Part shown: piece after piece, positions 59,157 through 64,000 of the stretch
Layout of the letters: each line of letters starts with the position of its first letter
Numbering within the stretch: position 1 is the first letter of the stretch
Origin: an uncultured Gemmatimonadales bacterium
Lineage (GTDB): Bacteria > Gemmatimonadota > Gemmatimonadetes > Gemmatimonadales > Gemmatimonadaceae
Direction: 5' to 3'
DNA length: 64,000 bases
Assembly: GCA_963701965.1 (NCBI GenBank)
Contig: OY969695.1
Coordinates: 2,272,001-2,336,000, forward strand
Position numbers and translations under genes: made by a program
The notes under the pieces: model-generated
The model's input: only the letters and a program-made list of their open reading frames with translations
What the model was told of the DNA's origin: nothing
Database searches by the model: none

Positions 59157-59368
59157 GGGCGAAAACTAGAGCACGGTCCCTGCCTCACGGGCTTGCCCTT
59201 GCGATTTTACGCGGGAGCGGCCATACTCGTATCTTGTTGGGGGTGCATTCGGGCATACGAAGCACCCGCCTCCAGCTTCCATATCGCGCGTGAACGCTCC
59301 GCGCTCCGAGGATAGTAGCGCAGACACTGCGCGGTGCGCGCACGACCACATACTCTACTGATAGGTGC

Positions 59369-60934
59369 ATGAACGAACGCCGACGCCCCCATCGTCGCGG
59401 CCGTGGGCCTCGCCCCTTTGGCCGTCAGCAACCCGATCAGACGGGCGAGCCGAATCCTTATCGTGACGTTCCCGATGAAGGAGGCGGCGCCGAATCGACT
59501 GCCGCGACCGGCTTGAGTCAGGGCCCGCCGGATCCGGGCAGCGAGGGACCGCCGCGCGAGGCCGCGGACGACGCGACGGGATTCGCGTCCGAGCCGACGG
59601 AACCAGTCAATACCGTACAACCGAACGATCCGCCGTCGCCGCAGCGACCCAGGCCCGAAGGCGGATACCAAGGGAACCAGCCGCAGCACAATCACCAGCA
59701 CAACGGCCGCCGGCACCAGCAGCCCCACGGGCAGGGCGGCGGACGACGCAATCGCGGGCGCGGTCCGCGCCGCGAGCATCAGCCGGCCCCGCAAGGTCCG
59801 CCAGCGCCGATCACGCCGGACGGCAATGTCGCCGGGTGGTTCGACTCGGCGCGCGAGGGCGGATTCATTCGCCGCGCCACGAACAGCTATCTCGCCGAGA
59901 ATGGCGACGCCTTCGTGCCGCCGCATCTGGTGCGGCAATACGCGCTCCGGCGCGGTGACGCCGTGATCGGCACCGTCGGACGCGACGCCCGCGGCCGCGT
60001 GACGCTGGTCGAAGCGACGCTGATCAACGACAGTGAGCCGGCGCAGATGCTGCGCCGCCCCGACTTCAGCTCGCTGACGGCCGAGTATCCGGACCGGAAG
60101 CTGACGCTGGAGACCGGGCGGCCCGCCAAGGGCGGACCCGAGCTGACGCGCCGGGCCATCGATCTCATCGCCCCGATCGGCTACGGCCAGCGGGCGCTGA
60201 TCGTGGCGCCGGCGCGGGCTGGAAAGACGATGCTGCTCCAGGCGATCACCGAGGGCGTGGCGATCAATCATCCCAACGCGGTGCTCCTGGTGCTGCTCGT
60301 GGATGAACGGCCGGAAGAAGTCAGCGAGATGATCACCTGGGGTTACGGCGAGGTCGTGGCGTCGAGCTTCGACCAGCCGGCCGAACGGCACGTCAATGTC
60401 GCCGAGATGGTGCTGGAGCGCTCCCGGCGGCTCGTCGAGATGGGGAAAGACGTTGTGATCGTGCTCGACTCGATCACGCGCCTGGCCCGCGGCCACAACA
60501 CCGTGGAGCGAGGCACGGGTCGCACGCTTTCCGGCGGCCTCAATGCCACCGCCATGGCCAAGCCCAAGGCGTTTTTCGGCTCGGCGCGCGCCGTGGCCGG
60601 CACGGTCGGCGGCGGATCGCTGACGATCATCGCCACCGCGCTCGTCGAGACCGGGTCGCGGATGGACGACGTCATCTTCGAGGAATTCAAGGGAACGGGC
60701 AACTCGGAGATCAAATTGGACCGCTCGCTCGCCGAGAAGCGCATTTTCCCGGCCATCGACATCGCGACCAGCGGCACGCGGCGCGAGGAGAAGTTGTTCC
60801 GGCCGGATCAACTCGACGGCGTGTATACGTTGCGCCGCGGCTTGCAGCAGATGCCTCCGCAGTCGGCCATGGAATGGTTGATCAAGCGGATCGCCGCCAC
60901 GGCCAACAACGACGCGTTGCTTTCGGGGTTGTAG
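59369..60934 (+). CDS. rho: Transcription termination factor Rho with a long disordered N-terminal extension
   Basis: APIGYGQRALIVAPARAGKT, DERPEEV, VLDSITRLAR, GR.LSGG, TALVETGSRMD, FKGTGN, SGTRREE. Confidence 0.96.
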   Translation: MNERRRPHRRGRGPRPFGRQQPDQTGEPNPYRDVPDEGGGAESTAATGLSQGPPDPGSEGPPREAADDATGFASEPTEPVNTVQPNDPPSPQRPRPEGGYQGNQPQHNHQHNGRRHQQPHGQGGGRRNRGRGPRREHQPAPQGPPAPITPDGNVAGWFDSAREGGFIRRATNSYLAENGDAFVPPHLVRQYALRRGDAVIGTVGRDARGRVTLVEATLINDSEPAQMLRRPDFSSLTAEYPDRKLTLETGRPAKGGPELTRRAIDLIAPIGYGQRALIVAPARAGKTMLLQAITEGVAINHPNAVLLVLLVDERPEEVSEMITWGYGEVVASSFDQPAERHVNVAEMVLERSRRLVEMGKDVVIVLDSITRLARGHNTVERGTGRTLSGGLNATAMAKPKAFFGSARAVAGTVGGGSLTIIATALVETGSRMDDVIFEEFKGTGNSEIKLDRSLAEKRIFPAIDIATSGTRREEKLFRPDQLDGVYTLRRGLQQMPPQSAMEWLIKRIAATANNDALLSGL

Positions 60935-60949
60935 GTCCGCGCCTTGCTC

Positions 60950-63298
60950 ATGGGCAAGGCGGTGCGGTGGATCATCTGGAGCGGGTTGATTTCAGCGAGC
61001 GTCGCGGCGCAGGACGTGCGCGCCCCGACCCGACGCGATCGTCCCGAAGTCACGAAGGTCCGGTTCGAGGGAGTCGTGCATCTCGACGCCGGCACCTTGG
61101 CCGATGGCATCGGCACGCAGGCCTCGCATTGCAAGAACGTGCTCTTGGAGCCGTTCTGCGTCTTCTGGAAGACGCCCCTCTTCTACCAGCGTGAGTACCT
61201 CGATCGCGAGGAGCTCAAGCGGGACGTCATCCGGGCGCTGATCTACTACTACAAGCGCGGCTACCGCGACGCGGTCGTCGACACGGCGATCGTGCCCCCC
61301 TCCGGCACCGCGGTTCAGGTCGTATTTCGCGTCACGGAAGGCAAGCCCACGCGGCTGACCCGGATACAGATCGATACGCCTCCGGGCCTGTTGTCCAAAC
61401 GCGCGCTCGGCAGCAAAACGGTGCGGATCCACGTCGGACAGCGCTTCGACCTGTTCGCCCTGGACTCGACCGTCACCAACATCCAACACGCCCTGTGGGC
61501 CCGCGGATACGCCGAGGCGCGCGTCGATACCAATACGACGCTGGCGGGCGGCGACAGCGCGGGACCGGTCGCGGCGGTCCGTCTGACCGTGAATCCCGGC
61601 AAGGTCAACACCGTCGGCGCGATCAGCATCGCGCGCGACGCGGGCGCCAAGGTGTCGGAGCAGACGGTCCGCCGATCGCTCACGTTTCGCGAGGGCGCGC
61701 TGTACAAGCGCGGCGAGGTCCAGTCCGACCAACGCACGCTGTATCAATCCGGGATGTTCCGGCGCGTGGGGATCACCGCGGCCCACGATACCACGCCGGG
61801 GCGCGACAGCGTGCGGAACATCCAGGTCCAGGTGAGCGAGGCGCCGCTGCGCGATCTGCAGAACCAGGTCGGGTTCAGTACAGTCGAGTTCTTCCAGGTC
61901 TCGAGCCGGTTCCAGAGCTACAATTTTCTGGGGGGCGGCCGGGTGCTCACGGTCACGGGCGGCCTGTCGAACCTTTTCGCGTCGGCGCTCAACGGCAAAG
62001 GGCCGTTCACCAATGTGATCGCCGCATCCGGCGCCGGCGACTTCGGCATCGACACGCGGCCGTTTCTCGAACCGACGTGGCAGCTGGGCCTCGATCTCAC
62101 GCAGCCCTGGTTCCTTGCCCCGCAGAACTCGCTGGGCGTCGGGTTGTTTGCCCGGCGGCGGAGCGCGCCCGGCGTGTTTATCGACTACGGCTATGGCGCC
62201 AACGTGACGTTCACCCGCCAGGTGTTCGATCGGGCGGCGCTCTCCTTTCGCTACCAGTACGAGCTGACGAAGACGGACGCGGCCGACGTGTACTATTGCG
62301 TGAACTTCGGCATCTGCGACCAGCCGACGATCGACGCGTTCAATCACAAGTTCCAGTCGCTCTCGCCGCTGTCGGTCGCCCTGACGATCGACCACACCAA
62401 CAACGAGTACTATTCCGTCGGCTACCCGACGAGCGGATACGCGATCAAGAGCGAGCTGTCGCACGCGTCGGCGCTCACCTTGTCCGACTTCCGGTACAAC
62501 CGTGCCGTCGTCGACGCGGCATGGTATCACGCGATCGGGGTTCCGCGCGGCGTACTCGCCCTGCGGGCCCGCGCGGGCTGGGTCCACGCGCTGGCCAGCA
62601 CGACGAAAGCACTCGGCGACACGGGATCGGCGGCGATCTTGAATCCGCGGGTCCGGTTCTACGCGGGCGGCGCGAACTCGGTGCGCGGTTTCGGTGAGAA
62701 TCTGCTGGGTCCCCGCATTTTGACCATCCCCCCGGATTCCCTCCGCTACAAAGTGGCGAAGATCAGCACGCACGTGAACAGCCTGTTCGTCTTCTGTCCA
62801 CCGTCAACACCGATCCAGGAGTGCCCGCTCAATCCGGCGCCGATCGGCTACACCGGAGCGGAAGGCAAGCCGGCCAAAGCGGTCCTGAGCGACAACGAGT
62901 TCACCGTCCGCCCGCTGGGCGGCGATCAGGTGCTCGAGGGGAGCGTCGAGTACCGGTTCCCGTTGGCGGGCGCCCTCGGCGCCGCGCTGTTCGTCGATGG
63001 CGCGATCGTCGGGGCCGGTAGCGACAATCAATCCCAGCCGGTGCAGACGGCGGGCGCGATCACGCCGGGCTTCGGCATTCGATACTATTCGTCGGTTGGG
63101 GCGATCCGCATCGACTTGGGTCTCAATCCGGTGACGACCGACAACCTGATCGTGCTCACGCAGGTGGGGGCGGGGCCGACCGCGACGCTGGTCCAGGTCA
63201 AAGGACACCGCACGTACGCGCCGGCGATCACCGAGGCGAGCTTCGCGGCCTTTTTCCAGCGGGTCCAGCTCCATCTCTCCATCGGCCAGGCGTTCTGA
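60950..63298 (+). CDS. OMP85 family (TamA/BamA-like) outer-membrane protein
   Basis: POTRA motifs (YYKRGY, ARGY), RFYAGGANSVRGF, EYRFP, GAIRIDLG, C-terminal SIGQAF. Confidence 0.9.
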   Translation: MGKAVRWIIWSGLISASVAAQDVRAPTRRDRPEVTKVRFEGVVHLDAGTLADGIGTQASHCKNVLLEPFCVFWKTPLFYQREYLDREELKRDVIRALIYYYKRGYRDAVVDTAIVPPSGTAVQVVFRVTEGKPTRLTRIQIDTPPGLLSKRALGSKTVRIHVGQRFDLFALDSTVTNIQHALWARGYAEARVDTNTTLAGGDSAGPVAAVRLTVNPGKVNTVGAISIARDAGAKVSEQTVRRSLTFREGALYKRGEVQSDQRTLYQSGMFRRVGITAAHDTTPGRDSVRNIQVQVSEAPLRDLQNQVGFSTVEFFQVSSRFQSYNFLGGGRVLTVTGGLSNLFASALNGKGPFTNVIAASGAGDFGIDTRPFLEPTWQLGLDLTQPWFLAPQNSLGVGLFARRRSAPGVFIDYGYGANVTFTRQVFDRAALSFRYQYELTKTDAADVYYCVNFGICDQPTIDAFNHKFQSLSPLSVALTIDHTNNEYYSVGYPTSGYAIKSELSHASALTLSDFRYNRAVVDAAWYHAIGVPRGVLALRARAGWVHALASTTKALGDTGSAAILNPRVRFYAGGANSVRGFGENLLGPRILTIPPDSLRYKVAKISTHVNSLFVFCPPSTPIQECPLNPAPIGYTGAEGKPAKAVLSDNEFTVRPLGGDQVLEGSVEYRFPLAGALGAALFVDGAIVGAGSDNQSQPVQTAGAITPGFGIRYYSSVGAIRIDLGLNPVTTDNLIVLTQVGAGPTATLVQVKGHRTYAPAITEASFAAFFQRVQLHLSIGQAF

Positions 63299-64000
63299 TG
63301 CGCGCCCTGCGCTGGATCGTGGGAATCGCCGCCACGGTGATCGCGCTGTCCGTGGGCACGCTCCTCATCCTGACGCAAACGGACTTCGGGCGCGAGCGCC
63401 TGCGCCGCTTGGCGCTGGGGATCGTGAACAAGAGCGTGCATGGCATCGTCCGCATCGGACACCTGAGTGGGAATCTGCTCACCGGTCTCCAGGCGGACGA
63501 CATCGCGATCACGGACAGCGCGGGCGCGCCGTTCGTGGCGGCGCGCCACGCGTCGGTGGGCTACGCGTTGGGTGATCTCTTACACCAGCGTCTGACGTTC
63601 TTCGACGTGCGCGTCGATCATCCCGTGGTCGTGATCGACCAGTCGGCGGACGGAGTCTGGAACTTCCAGCGCATCTTCGTCCCGTCCCATGCCCCGAAGG
63701 ACACGACGAAGCATGGGTTCGGCGATTGGATCGCGCTGCGGAATGTGCGCATCGTCGACGGCCGGTTCGTCATGCGGCGGCCGTGGAAGACCGACAGCGC
63801 CCCGCCGCCCGACGCCCGCCTCGTGATCGTCGGCGGGCCGGGGACGTATCAGCAAGTCATGGAGGCCGGCGCGATCAACGCGACGTTGCCGGTCGTGCGT
63901 GTGGCGGATCCGGCGTACAAGGACAAGCTGGCGCAGATCGCGACGCTCAACACCGATCTCGCGCTGTTCAAGCCGCCGATCGCCCGCGTCGATGATCTGG
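63298..64000 (+). CDS. TamB-like protein, 5' part (runs off the window)
   Basis: Manual translation from the TGATG overlap: MRALRWIVGIAATVIALSVGTLLILTQTDFGRERLR...IGHLSGNLLTG; follows the OMP85 gene. Confidence 0.75.
   Translation, partial: MRALRWIVGIAATVIALSVGTLLILTQTDFGRERLRRLALGIVNKSVHGIVRIGHLSGNLLTGLQADDIAITDSAGAPFVAARHASVGYALGDLLHQRLTFFDVRVDHPVVVIDQSADGVWNFQRIFVPSHAPKDTTKHGFGDWIALRNVRIVDGRFVMRRPWKTDSAPPPDARLVIVGGPGTYQQVMEAGAINATLPVVRVADPAYKDKLAQIATLNTDLALFKPPIARVDDL

Noticed and set aside
1..64000. tRNA, rRNA, IS element, integrase or prophage
   Set aside because: None recognised; intergenic gaps are short and no transposase, integrase or phage motifs were seen

Overview
Very GC-rich, gene-dense bacterial chromosomal window. 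Gene content suggests Gemmatimonadota (ADOP permease, barrel-less TonB-plug protein, DUF1800/DUF1501, OMP85-TamB, extended Rho); this is an inference. About 60 CDSs; no rRNA, tRNA, CRISPR, transposase or prophage was recognised. Housekeeping genes include ispH, gyrA, sucB, lpdA, rnhA, thyX, rho and otsA/otsB. Most interesting: (1) a translationally coupled operon of two Ddl-like ATP-grasp ligases, a GNAT and a KamA-type radical-SAM aminomutase behind a strong sigma54-type promoter, a candidate uncharacterised beta-amino-acid peptide or osmolyte pathway; (2) a mutagenesis cassette (radical SAM, imuA, imuB, an inverted ABC permease, dnaE2), with clamp-like motifs on the radical SAM, a shared T[T/A]CGG-N6-TTCGG direct repeat at both promoters, a 4 x 63-bp hairpin-rich in-frame repeat in imuB and a His-rich insert in DnaE2; (3) three tandem paralogous lipoproteins of a family I do not recognise; (4) many apparently leaderless promoters. 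Five genes carry single-base frameshifts in only two contexts (GATG>GAATG, CCGG>CCGGG), most likely systematic sequencing errors rather than pseudogenes. All calls are by eye; no database searches were run.
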